Shown here in pieces: positions 1 to 8,485 of a stretch of DNA of 64,000 nucleotides. How positions within the stretch are numbered: position 1 is the stretch's first letter; every line of letters begins with the position of its first letter. This DNA is from a virus, in IMG/VR virus record IMGVR_UViG_3300037322_000275, positions 1 through 64,000 of that record, one strand, 5' to 3'. Both the position numbers and the translations under genes were made by a program. The notes beneath the pieces are model-generated. The model was given only the letters and a program-made list of their open reading frames with translations. It was not told where the DNA came from and made no database searches.

Positions 1-2
1 TA

Positions 3-1412
3 TTTGGAAAAAACACCTTTAGTAGTTTTGCTGGAGATTGCTCTATTGTTGCGCAGTCAAACGGAAAAATAGGTGTAAACGTAGTAAACCCAACAGAAGC
101 ACTTGAAGTATTAGGTGGTATTAAACTTTCTAACTTATTAAAACTAGGTCAATTCACAACTGCAACCGAACCAGCATATGTTAAAGGAGCATCTTTTTTT
201 AACACGACTTTAAACAAGTCAAAGATTGGCGGAGAAACAATATACGAAACGCAAATAACAGGTACAGGTACTATTGGTAAAATTCAAAAAACTAGTGTAG
301 AGGGCGTAATTGGAGATAGTGCTATAAGTGAGGATGCAACAAATGCTTTAAGTTCAAAAGTCTTAAGATTAGCGGATGGTTTAACACCAAGTAACGCACA
401 AGATTTAACAACTTTAGGACAAGTCAACACGGCTTTAAATGCTAAAAATAATTTAATTTCACACTTAGAATTTAATGACACCGATTTAACTGTATGGAAT
501 AATGGTAAGGGAAATATATCAAGTAATACATCATTTGGCGATGGAGCTTTACGCTCAAACACGACAGGGAATAGTAACAGTTTTTATGGACTAAATTCAG
601 GGCTTAGCAACACGACAGGAAGTTTCAACAGTTTTTATGGACTAAATTCAGGGCTTAACAACATATCAGGGGTTAACAACAATTTTTATGGAGCAAATTC
701 AGGGCTTAACAACACGACAGGAACTAGCAACAGTTTTTATGGGGCAAATTCAGGACGCAACAATACAACAGGTAGGGACAACGGTTTTTATGGGGTAAAT
801 TCAGGGTTTAACAACACGACAGGTTTTAACAACAGTTTTTATGGACTAAATTCAGGGCTTAGCAACACAACAGGAAATGGCAACAATTTTTATGGGTTAA
901 ATTCAGGAAGGTTTATATCAGATGCGTCAACGCCAAATACTAATTCAAACAATTCTTTGTTTTTTGGCAACGAAACTAAACCGTTAGCTGATAATCAAAC
1001 AAATCAAATTGTAATCGGGAATGGTGCTATTGGATCTGGAAGTAACAGCGTAACCTTAGGAGACACAAATATAACTAAAACAGTTTTAAGAGGTAATGTA
1101 GAAACTAATGGGTTGATAAAACTAGGTCAATTCACAACAGCAACCGAACCCGCTTATGTTAAAGGAGCATCATTCTTTAATACAACTTTAAATAAAATGC
1201 GAATTGGTGGCGCAACCGCTTACGAAAATGTAGATGTTAAAAATTACTCACTAACCGAAGTGAAAACAAGTGGTACTTGGATTGATGGTAAGCCAATTTA
1301 CAGATTGGTTAAGTTAGATAGTGATCCTTTTCCAACGGATACAGAAACAGAGTTTCCGACTATATTTGTAGGACAATATCGTATTTTAGAATATACAAAA
1401 ACAACGGATTAA
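3..1412 (+). CDS. Tail fibre / receptor-binding protein, 5'-truncated by window
   Basis: Frame 3 is open from position 3 to the stop at 1412 (the ORF-track start at 957 is internal). Contains KIGVNVVNPTEALEV, NTTG-type 17-aa beta repeats and a C-terminal GTWIDGKPIYR motif. Confidence 0.85.
   Translation, partial: FGKNTFSSFAGDCSIVAQSNGKIGVNVVNPTEALEVLGGIKLSNLLKLGQFTTATEPAYVKGASFFNTTLNKSKIGGETIYETQITGTGTIGKIQKTSVEGVIGDSAISEDATNALSSKVLRLADGLTPSNAQDLTTLGQVNTALNAKNNLISHLEFNDTDLTVWNNGKGNISSNTSFGDGALRSNTTGNSNSFYGLNSGLSNTTGSFNSFYGLNSGLNNISGVNNNFYGANSGLNNTTGTSNSFYGANSGRNNTTGRDNGFYGVNSGFNNTTGFNNSFYGLNSGLSNTTGNGNNFYGLNSGRFISDASTPNTNSNNSLFFGNETKPLADNQTNQIVIGNGAIGSGSNSVTLGDTNITKTVLRGNVETNGLIKLGQFTTATEPAYVKGASFFNTTLNKMRIGGATAYENVDVKNYSLTEVKTSGTWIDGKPIYRLVKLDSDPFPTDTETEFPTIFVGQYRILEYTKTTD
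139..248 (+). repeat. Direct repeat copy 1 (KLGQFTTATEPAYVKGASFFNTTLNK..IGG...YE)
   Basis: Near-identical to 1117-1226; differences mostly synonymous. Confidence 0.9.
558..914 (+). repeat. 7 tandem 51-bp coding repeats (NTTGxxNxFYGxNSGxx)
   Basis: Seven in-frame 17-codon units aligned by hand. Confidence 0.95.
1117..1226 (+). repeat. Direct repeat copy 2
   Basis: 978 bp downstream of copy 1, same reading frame. Confidence 0.9.
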
Positions 1413-1430
1413 TTAATAAATAATAACAAA

Positions 1431-1721
1431 ATGGCAGCATTTACAGAAGAAAGAACACCAAACGAGTTTTTGGTAAGATGGAATAAAGAGGGGTTAATTC
1501 AAGGCGCACACGTTGGTTGGTTAGATACAGTATTGAAAGATGGTGTAGTACTTAGTCAAACAGAAACTAATGTAGAGAGCGTAGCAATGGGATTGCAAGA
1601 AGGTTTTCCTTTAACCGATATACTAACACAATTACAATTAGATTGCGTCTTAGAGCGTGAAACTTTGCTTTTAGAAATACAAACTTTAAAAGCAGAAATT
1701 ACAGAGTTAAAAACACCGTAG
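1431..1721 (+). CDS. Hypothetical tail-fibre-associated protein (possible chaperone)
   Basis: Directly follows the fibre gene; C-terminal coiled coil. Confidence 0.55.
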   Translation: MAAFTEERTPNEFLVRWNKEGLIQGAHVGWLDTVLKDGVVLSQTETNVESVAMGLQEGFPLTDILTQLQLDCVLERETLLLEIQTLKAEITELKTP

Positions 1722-1821
1722 AAATAACTTACAGTAACCCACAATAACCAATAATCAATTATTAAAAAAAACCAGAAATAATTTACAAAAGTAGTTAAAT
1801 TGTTTTTTAATAAATAACAAA

Positions 1822-2058
1822 ATGAGTGAAATAATTATAAACGAAAACATAAATAACGTAATTGTATCAATAAACGAATTAAACGAAGATGTTAATGTTT
1901 TAATTAACGAAACTTTTGAAACCTTTGTTATACAAATTGAAGAAAAAGGACAAAAGGGAGATTCTACTTACGAAATTGCATTATTAAATGGATTTGTTGG
2001 TACAGAGTTACAGTGGTTAGAAAGTTTAAAAGACTTAGACGGAGGAATAATATATTAA
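1822..2058 (+). CDS. Small tail-fibre-associated protein
   Basis: GQKGDSTYEIALLNGFVGTELQWLESL resembles the motif of collagen-like phage fibre proteins; ends in LDGGIIY. Confidence 0.6.
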   Translation: MSEIIINENINNVIVSINELNEDVNVLINETFETFVIQIEEKGQKGDSTYEIALLNGFVGTELQWLESLKDLDGGIIY

Positions 2059-2071
2059 ATAAAAAAAAACA

Positions 2072-2512
2072 ATGGCAAATCAGATTTTATTAAAAAGAAA
2101 AGCAACAACAGGTGCTCCTTCTTTAGCACAGTTAACTGTTGGTGAAATGTGCTTAGTTATCCCAGATAACGCAATTTATTGGAAAAAAGACAGTGGTACT
2201 ATTGTAGGTCCAATAATAGTTGGTGGTATTGGAAACATGTCTAAATCTATTTATGACACTAATGACAATGGAATAGTAGATACATCTACAAATGCTTTAG
2301 CGCTGGGGGGTATTGTGGCATCTTCTTATGCATTACAATCCTACGTAACTGCTCAAATTAATGCTCTAGTAAATGGTGCTAGTACAACGTTAGACACACT
2401 TCAAGAATTAGCTGCAGCTTTAGGTAATGATGCTAACTTTTCAGCAACTATTACAAATTTAATTGGTACTAAATTAGATGCTAATTCTGTTATTGATGGT
2501 GGTACAATATAA
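2072..2512 (+). CDS. Tail fibre subunit (Mtd N-terminal-like domain)
   Basis: MANQILLKR...APS...LTVGE N-terminus; TLDTLQELAAALGNDANF fibre motif; ends in IDGGTI. Confidence 0.75.
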   Translation: MANQILLKRKATTGAPSLAQLTVGEMCLVIPDNAIYWKKDSGTIVGPIIVGGIGNMSKSIYDTNDNGIVDTSTNALALGGIVASSYALQSYVTAQINALVNGASTTLDTLQELAAALGNDANFSATITNLIGTKLDANSVIDGGTI

Positions 2513-2522
2513 AGAGTAAATA

Positions 2523-3266
2523 ATGGCAAACATAATTAAATTAAAAAATAAAACAACTACAGGTACTATTGTTGAAAATTTAGAAGATAGAGAAATGTTA
2601 GTTAATAATGTAGATTTAAAAGCTTTTGTACGAATTAATGAAACATTAAAAGAATTTTTATTTGATGAAGATTTAAGAGGTGGTGCTTTAAGTACAAAAG
2701 AAAGAATAAACACAATTTCTAATTTTGCTAGTCCAAATGCAGGAGGTGTAATTTCAGGTCAATTTTACGATAACTCATTTCATGGTGGAGCATCAGGAAC
2801 TTTAGCAAGTAGAGCTAATGGATTTGATTTAGCACCCTATTACACAAGTACTCCTATAACTATTGATACAATTGGCTGTTCTGTTTCTACTGGATTAACT
2901 GGTTCATTATTTAAAATAGTTATTTATAGTTCTAGTACAAACGGTTTTCCTGAAAATTTGTTATATGAAAGTGGCGATTTATCAAGTGCAACTGCTGGTT
3001 TTCTTGGAGCTACATTAAATTTTACATTTCAAAGTGGTACACAATATTATTTAGGAGTACGAACGTCAGGCACTCCTACTTTAAGAACAATACCTATTAC
3101 AAGTGCTGTAAATATGGGATTACTTTCAAGCAGTGCCACAAGTTATACAACAATTTTGAGAAGAACAATTACTTATGCAACTGCAGCCCCTGCTATATGG
3201 AATTTTGTAAATGCAGATAGAATAGCAAATATAACACCGCCATCAATAAGATTTAGAGCAGTTTAA
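2523..3266 (+). CDS. Tail fibre/spike subunit
   Basis: MANIIKLKN N-terminus like the preceding gene; S/T/G-rich beta-type C-terminal domain. Confidence 0.65.
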   Translation: MANIIKLKNKTTTGTIVENLEDREMLVNNVDLKAFVRINETLKEFLFDEDLRGGALSTKERINTISNFASPNAGGVISGQFYDNSFHGGASGTLASRANGFDLAPYYTSTPITIDTIGCSVSTGLTGSLFKIVIYSSSTNGFPENLLYESGDLSSATAGFLGATLNFTFQSGTQYYLGVRTSGTPTLRTIPITSAVNMGLLSSSATSYTTILRRTITYATAAPAIWNFVNADRIANITPPSIRFRAV

Positions 3267-3315
3267 AAACCTAAAATAAAAAATATTATTTAAAAAAAAA
3301 CATAGTTAATAAATC

Positions 3316-3741
3316 ATGATAGATCCAAATATTGGAGCAGACCTTTTTAAAGAAGTTTTAAAGGTGGATCCAAAAAACAGGTCTTGGGCAATAAATGTAA
3401 TTGTAATATGTATGGCTATTGCTATATGTATTACAGTCTTTTTTGTATTCCAAGCTCAAAAAAGTCAAGCAATACAAGATAAATTAAAAGCAGAGTCTAA
3501 ATTAGAAACGTTACAATTACTTTACGTAGATGAAGGAAAAGAATGTCCTGGATTAATTCAAAATGCTGTTGAAAAAAGAGATCTTTATTGGACTTTAAAA
3601 TTAGATAACCTACAGAACAAATATCTCAAGAAATTTGAAGATGAACACAAAGAATCTATTTTAAAATTTAAATATTTAAATGAAGAAACTAAAAAAGTTA
3701 AAAGAAGAACTGAACAATTAAATAAAAAAATAACAGAATGA
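3316..3741 (+). CDS. Single-TM lysis-associated membrane protein (holin or i-spanin candidate)
   Basis: Hydrophobic WAINVIVICMAIAICITVFFVF, then coiled coil; upstream of the endolysin. Confidence 0.5.
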   Translation: MIDPNIGADLFKEVLKVDPKNRSWAINVIVICMAIAICITVFFVFQAQKSQAIQDKLKAESKLETLQLLYVDEGKECPGLIQNAVEKRDLYWTLKLDNLQNKYLKKFEDEHKESILKFKYLNEETKKVKRRTEQLNKKITE

Positions 3742-3974
3742 AAAAACTAAAGATGTTTCCTTTTCTATTTATTTTTGTATTTATGACTTCTGGTAAAACA
3801 ACACACAGTAAAAAAGTTGTACACGAAGAAGAAAAACCTAAATATGAAAAAGAATTAATTGAAATAAATAAAAACTTATACATTTCAAACAAAAACCTAG
3901 ATCATATTTCAAATGTTATCAAAAATAATGATACACTAAAACAAATAAAAACAAGACTTAAAAAAAGTAAATAA
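3738..3974 (+). CDS. Small membrane-anchored/secreted lysis-region protein
   Basis: Basic then hydrophobic N-terminus; ATGA and TAATG translational coupling to its neighbours. Confidence 0.5.
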   Translation: MKKLKMFPFLFIFVFMTSGKTTHSKKVVHEEEKPKYEKELIEINKNLYISNKNLDHISNVIKNNDTLKQIKTRLKKSK

Positions 3975-4486
3975 TGGCACTAGATATATTAACTGTAGAA
4001 CGAATTAAAACAATGCATCCTGACGAAAGAAAAGAACTTTTGGAAGACTATGCTTATGTAAACGAGAAACTTCTTGGAAAAGGCGTTAGATTGCGTTTTG
4101 CATACACATATCGAACTCCTGCAGAACAAGATCAAATCTTTAAACAAAGACCTAAAGTAACAAACGCAAAAGGTTGGCAAAGTATTCATAATTATGGATT
4201 AGCTTTTGACATTGTTTTATTGTATGATCTAGATAACAATGGTACTTTTGAAACAGCATCTTGGGATATGAAAAAAGATTTTGATAATGACAAAGTTGCT
4301 GACTGGATGGAAGTTACTAATTATTTTAAATCTAAAGGTTGGGAATGGGGTGGTGATTGGAAAAATTTCAAAGATGTACCTCATTTTCAGAAAGTAAAAG
4401 GTTTAACATGGCAAGCATTAAAAGAAAAAGTAGATAAAGGAATTGTCATAAAAGACTGTAATAAAATTACTTATCCAAAGATTTAA
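3974..4486 (+). CDS. Endolysin, M15 family (L-Ala-D-Glu peptidase-like)
   Basis: YRTPAEQ, SIHNYGLAFD and WGGDW..FKDVPHFQ motifs. Confidence 0.92.
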   Translation: MALDILTVERIKTMHPDERKELLEDYAYVNEKLLGKGVRLRFAYTYRTPAEQDQIFKQRPKVTNAKGWQSIHNYGLAFDIVLLYDLDNNGTFETASWDMKKDFDNDKVADWMEVTNYFKSKGWEWGGDWKNFKDVPHFQKVKGLTWQALKEKVDKGIVIKDCNKITYPKI

Positions 4487-4489
4487 CTT

Positions 4490-4810
4490 ATGAATAAATA
4501 CAATCAATATAAAAAAGGAGATACATGGAAAGGTAGAAAGATTACTTTTCCATTTGACCTCACAGGTGTTTCAGTTTTATGTCAATTTAAACCAGACATA
4601 ACGTCTGATTATTCAACATTTGTTTTTAAAACAGAAGATAACACAATTTTAATACCTTTACCTTTAACTGGTGAAATGTTTTTTAAACCAAGAATAATGA
4701 ATTATCCTGTAGGTATGTATTACTATGACGTTCAATTAACTTTTCCAAATGGAGATGTTGTTAGTTACATTCCTGACACACTTACAATATTACAAGATAT
4801 TACAACATAA
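4490..4810 (+). CDS. Hypothetical beta-sandwich structural protein (BppU N-terminal-like)
   Basis: KGDT..., DLTG, GMYYYDVQLT pattern. Confidence 0.5.
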   Translation: MNKYNQYKKGDTWKGRKITFPFDLTGVSVLCQFKPDITSDYSTFVFKTEDNTILIPLPLTGEMFFKPRIMNYPVGMYYYDVQLTFPNGDVVSYIPDTLTILQDITT

Positions 4811-4891
4811 ATATTTAACAATTTAAAAAAAAACAATAACCGAATATTAAGAAACGCGAAATCTCTTATAATTCTATAAATTAGTAATAAG

Positions 4892-5494
4892 ATGATAAAC
4901 ATAAATAAAGTATACATTTCAATAGGAATTATTTTAATAATTATTTCTTTTTTTATTGGAAGATTTACAGTAGGTACAATTGATACTAAAATAAAAATTA
5001 CAGTTCCTGAAGTAAAAAATACTTCTGAATTAATTGTAAATCCAGAGCCAGTCAAAAACAAAATTAAAGATAGTATTGTTTACAAAGACTCAGTTATTTA
5101 TCACACAAAATTTAATAAAGCATTAGCACAAGATTTTATAAATACAACATCTGACATTGAAAAGTTAAACAAGTTTATTAGTGCTGTTGAATTAAATGAA
5201 TATGAAATCCCTTATGATGATGAATTTTTATCTACAAAAAGTTATATAAAAACAGAAGGTAAGGTTATTTCTTTTAGACAAGATTATGTAATAAAAGAAC
5301 GTAAAATAGGCTTAGATGTAAAAGTTCCTGCAAAAGTTAACTTTTTAATTGGCTCTAGTGTAGAAAACACAATTAAGTTAGATGAATTTAACATAAAAGT
5401 TTTAGGCGGAATACAACGTAAAAATGGAGATATAATATTGGGTGGTTACGGTTTAAATAAAGCAATTGAAGTTGGTTATTTATTTAAATTGTAA
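4892..5494 (+). CDS. Membrane-anchored protein, spanin candidate
   Basis: N-terminal TM segment; C-terminal amphipathic beta strands ending IEVGYLFKL. Confidence 0.5.
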   Translation: MININKVYISIGIILIIISFFIGRFTVGTIDTKIKITVPEVKNTSELIVNPEPVKNKIKDSIVYKDSVIYHTKFNKALAQDFINTTSDIEKLNKFISAVELNEYEIPYDDEFLSTKSYIKTEGKVISFRQDYVIKERKIGLDVKVPAKVNFLIGSSVENTIKLDEFNIKVLGGIQRKNGDIILGGYGLNKAIEVGYLFKL

Positions 5495-5532
5495 AAATAT
5501 CTAAAATAATTATAAAATAAACCCCAAAAAAT

Positions 5533-5563
5533 TAGGAATTCTGATTTATTTGTATTACCTTTG
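5533..5563 (+). promoter_or_regulatory. Bacteroidota sigma-A type promoter (TAGG-N19-TACCTTTG)
   Basis: Matches the -7 TAnnTTTG consensus; same 19-nt spacing as four other sites. Confidence 0.75.
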
Positions 5564-5589
5564 TATTATATTAATCTATACATAATAAC

Positions 5590-6525
5590 ATGAATAAAGA
5601 AGAAATTAAATCATTTTTAAGGAATAAAAACGGTTATTTAAAAGAAGGTGGTAAAAGATTAAGAAAAGTTTTGTTAAACAAAGGCTTTACAACAACAATT
5701 AGTCAATGTAAAGACGCAATTAGAGAAGTAAATGCTGAAGTTAAAAAAACAACAACTACGTTTCAAAACAATGAAGGAAAGATTCTTATTTATGATTTAG
5801 AAACTTCTCCAAATCAAGGTTGGTTTTGGAGAGCAGGTTATAAACAAAATATTATGCCTAATCAAATAACTAAAGAAAGAGCAATTATTTGTGTTTCTTA
5901 TAAATGGTTAGGTGAAGATACAGTTTACAACTTAACTTGGGATAAAAACCAGTGTGATAAATTTTTAATTGAACAATTTGTCGAAGTTTTAAATGAATCA
6001 GATATGATTGTTGCCCACAACGGAGATCGTTTTGATATAAAGTGGTTTAAGACAAGAGCATTGTTTCATAGAATACCTACATTACCAAATTACAAACAAT
6101 TCGATACTCTAAAAGTTGCTAAATCTAAACTTTATTTAAATTCTAATAGATTAGATTATATTGCTAAATTTTTAGGGTTTGAAGGTAAGATACAAACTAC
6201 TCCTGATTTATGGAATCAGGTTGTTTCTGTAAACAATAGAGAAGCATTAAAAGACATGCTAGATTATTGTGATGAAGATGTAAGACAGCTAGAAAAAGTT
6301 TATAACGAACTTAAGTATTTAGACAATCCTAGAATTCACGCAGGAGTATTAAATGGTACAGTTAAACAAACGTCACCTGTTACAGGAAGCGTAAATATTA
6401 AACAAGTTAAATCAGTAACTACAAACTCTGGTACAGTTAAACACATTATGATTGATTTAGATACTGGTAGACATTTTGAAATGTCAAACACAAATTACTT
6501 AAAATATTTAGAAATAAACAAATAA
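5590..6525 (+). CDS. DnaQ/RNase H-like 3'-5' exonuclease
   Basis: ExoI YDLET, ExoII HNGDRFD, ExoIII YCDEDV. Confidence 0.88.
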   Translation: MNKEEIKSFLRNKNGYLKEGGKRLRKVLLNKGFTTTISQCKDAIREVNAEVKKTTTTFQNNEGKILIYDLETSPNQGWFWRAGYKQNIMPNQITKERAIICVSYKWLGEDTVYNLTWDKNQCDKFLIEQFVEVLNESDMIVAHNGDRFDIKWFKTRALFHRIPTLPNYKQFDTLKVAKSKLYLNSNRLDYIAKFLGFEGKIQTTPDLWNQVVSVNNREALKDMLDYCDEDVRQLEKVYNELKYLDNPRIHAGVLNGTVKQTSPVTGSVNIKQVKSVTTNSGTVKHIMIDLDTGRHFEMSNTNYLKYLEINK

Positions 6526-6529
6526 ACTC

Positions 6530-6561
6530 AAAGCCTTCAAGAAATTGAGGGCTTTTTTTTT
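6530..6561 (+). terminator. Intrinsic terminator
   Basis: aagccttcaa-gaaa-ttgagggctt hairpin followed by a T run. Confidence 0.85.
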
Positions 6562-6580
6562 GTTATAAACAATTTAATAT

Positions 6581-7267
6581 ATGAGCACAATTGCACAAAT
6601 AACCTATGGTGTCAGAGAAGGTATAAAAGAATATACAGATGACTCAAACATTTCAGATAGATATATTTTATATTTATTTGGTATTAAACGAAGTAAATAT
6701 TTAAGAAATGATTTAAACAATTTACAAAAAACAATTGACAATTCTATTTTACAGACATTGTGTTTAGAACTTGAAGAAGTTTCTATTAACCAATGTAATA
6801 TTGAATATGACTGTGGAACAATAATGAGAACAAAACAAAAAGTACCAAAACCTTTAGAATTACATCTAAAGTCTGCAATAACAAACGTTAAACCTACAAA
6901 CAGAACAGCAGTACCATTTAATTATGTAAATAAAGAAAGAGCAATATGGAGTAAACACTCGTCTTTTGGACAAGCAATATACGCTTTTTTAGATGATGAT
7001 CAATATGTTTATCTAGTAAGTGAATCCAAAAGTGTAAAATTAATTGAGTGTGTAAGTGTTTCAGGAATTTTTGAAGACCCTTTAGAACTTAGACAATATA
7101 AAAACTGTTGTGGTTGTGAAATACCTAAGGTATGTTTTAATGACTTAACTACAGACTATCCTTTACAAGCACATCATGTAGATAACATTAGTGAAGAAAT
7201 TATAAAAAAGTTAATAGGTAGAATACAGTTACCTGAAGATGAAACAAATAACGCAGATGACAATTAA
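6581..7267 (+). CDS. crAss-like tail ring/structural protein
   Basis: Cys-rich, with SGIFEDP and DYPL motifs; sits before the IHF-like, Ttub and Tstab genes. Confidence 0.65.
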   Translation: MSTIAQITYGVREGIKEYTDDSNISDRYILYLFGIKRSKYLRNDLNNLQKTIDNSILQTLCLELEEVSINQCNIEYDCGTIMRTKQKVPKPLELHLKSAITNVKPTNRTAVPFNYVNKERAIWSKHSSFGQAIYAFLDDDQYVYLVSESKSVKLIECVSVSGIFEDPLELRQYKNCCGCEIPKVCFNDLTTDYPLQAHHVDNISEEIIKKLIGRIQLPEDETNNADDN

Positions 7268-7772
7268 AAGAACTAAAGGTAAAATTAAAGTAGATTATGG
7301 TATGAGTGATTACTATAAACACTATATTAAAAACTCAAAAAATCCAATAAAATCAGTATCCCAGTTTAATCATATTGTTTCAGAATTTAATAAAAAAATT
7401 GCAGAAGCCATTATAAATGAAGAATTAGAATACAACCCAATAATGGTTCAGATAACTTTTGCAATTAGAAAACACAAGCAGGTAGTTAAGATTGTAAACA
7501 ATAAACTTTTAAACAAAAATCCTGTAGATTGGAAAACAACAAATCAACTGTGGTCAGAAGACAGTGAAGCAAAAGAAAAAAAGTTATTAATAAGATATCA
7601 AAACAATCATTCTTCTAAATATATCTTTAGAATTAAAATGATGAAAACAGGATATTCTTACACAAATAAAAAGTACTATAAATTTAAACCTTGTCGTTCT
7701 TTTGCAAGGAATTTAGCAAAAAGAATACTTAATGAAGACCTGGAACCTTTTCAGGCATATAATCTATATTAA
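7257..7772 (+). CDS. crAss-like IHF/HU-related protein
   Basis: PVDWKTT..LW and YKFKPCRSFAR motifs in the conserved crAss tail block; start moved to the MTIKR ATG. Confidence 0.6.
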   Translation: MTIKRTKGKIKVDYGMSDYYKHYIKNSKNPIKSVSQFNHIVSEFNKKIAEAIINEELEYNPIMVQITFAIRKHKQVVKIVNNKLLNKNPVDWKTTNQLWSEDSEAKEKKLLIRYQNNHSSKYIFRIKMMKTGYSYTNKKYYKFKPCRSFARNLAKRILNEDLEPFQAYNLY

Positions 7773-7773
7773 A

Positions 7774-8484
7774 ATGGTATCAGGAAAAATGGTCAGCATT
7801 GGTCAAATCATGTACAAGGTTTTAAGAAATCCCTTATGTAATGACTTAAGTTACGAACAATGTGCAGAGTATGCGTTAGAATATTTAAAATTAATTGGTG
7901 CACCACTATCTTTAGAAAGTATTGTGAGTGATCCACCAATAGAAATAGAAAATCACAAAGCTCTATTACCAAATAATATCTTTAATATTAGAGGTGTAAG
8001 ATATATGGGTGAAGAAATCTGTAAAAAAGGAAAAGGCATACCAATGGTTTACGGCAGTGGAATATACAAAAACGAATTAGATGGTTGTGACACTAATTAC
8101 AGCTATGTTGTTAATGCTTGTGTAATACAAACTTCCGTTAAAGAAGGGTTTTTAGAAGTATCTTACACTGCAGTAGCTCAAGATAAAGAAGGTTACCCTT
8201 TAATCCCAGATAATGAATCATTTAAAAAAGGATTAGAATATTATGTTTTACATTTACATTTAGAACCACTTTGGATGATGGGTAAAATACAAGACAAAGT
8301 TTTTCAATACATAGAACAAAAAAGACATTTTTATACAGGACAAGCAAGCACTTCACTAATGGTTAAAAATCTAGATCATTTAGAAACAATGATGTCTTCT
8401 GTAAATCGTATGATAATTGACAGAAACCCTCAACAGAGTTCTTACAATAACTTTGGAATAAAAGAACAACTATACAGACATTAA
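7774..8484 (+). CDS. Tail tubular (ring) protein, P22 gp4-like
   Basis: IENHKALLP and DKEGYPLIPDNESF motifs; precedes the muzzle gene; start moved to MVSGK. Confidence 0.75.
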   Translation: MVSGKMVSIGQIMYKVLRNPLCNDLSYEQCAEYALEYLKLIGAPLSLESIVSDPPIEIENHKALLPNNIFNIRGVRYMGEEICKKGKGIPMVYGSGIYKNELDGCDTNYSYVVNACVIQTSVKEGFLEVSYTAVAQDKEGYPLIPDNESFKKGLEYYVLHLHLEPLWMMGKIQDKVFQYIEQKRHFYTGQASTSLMVKNLDHLETMMSSVNRMIIDRNPQQSSYNNFGIKEQLYRH

Positions 8485-8485
8485 T

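Noticed and set aside
558-914. CRISPR array
   Set aside because: Units are contiguous 51-bp in-frame coding repeats with no unique spacers
1786-1793. Antisense TACTTTTG promoter in the fibre region
   Set aside because: The -7 match has no upstream element at the 19-nt spacing and no credible downstream minus-strand gene
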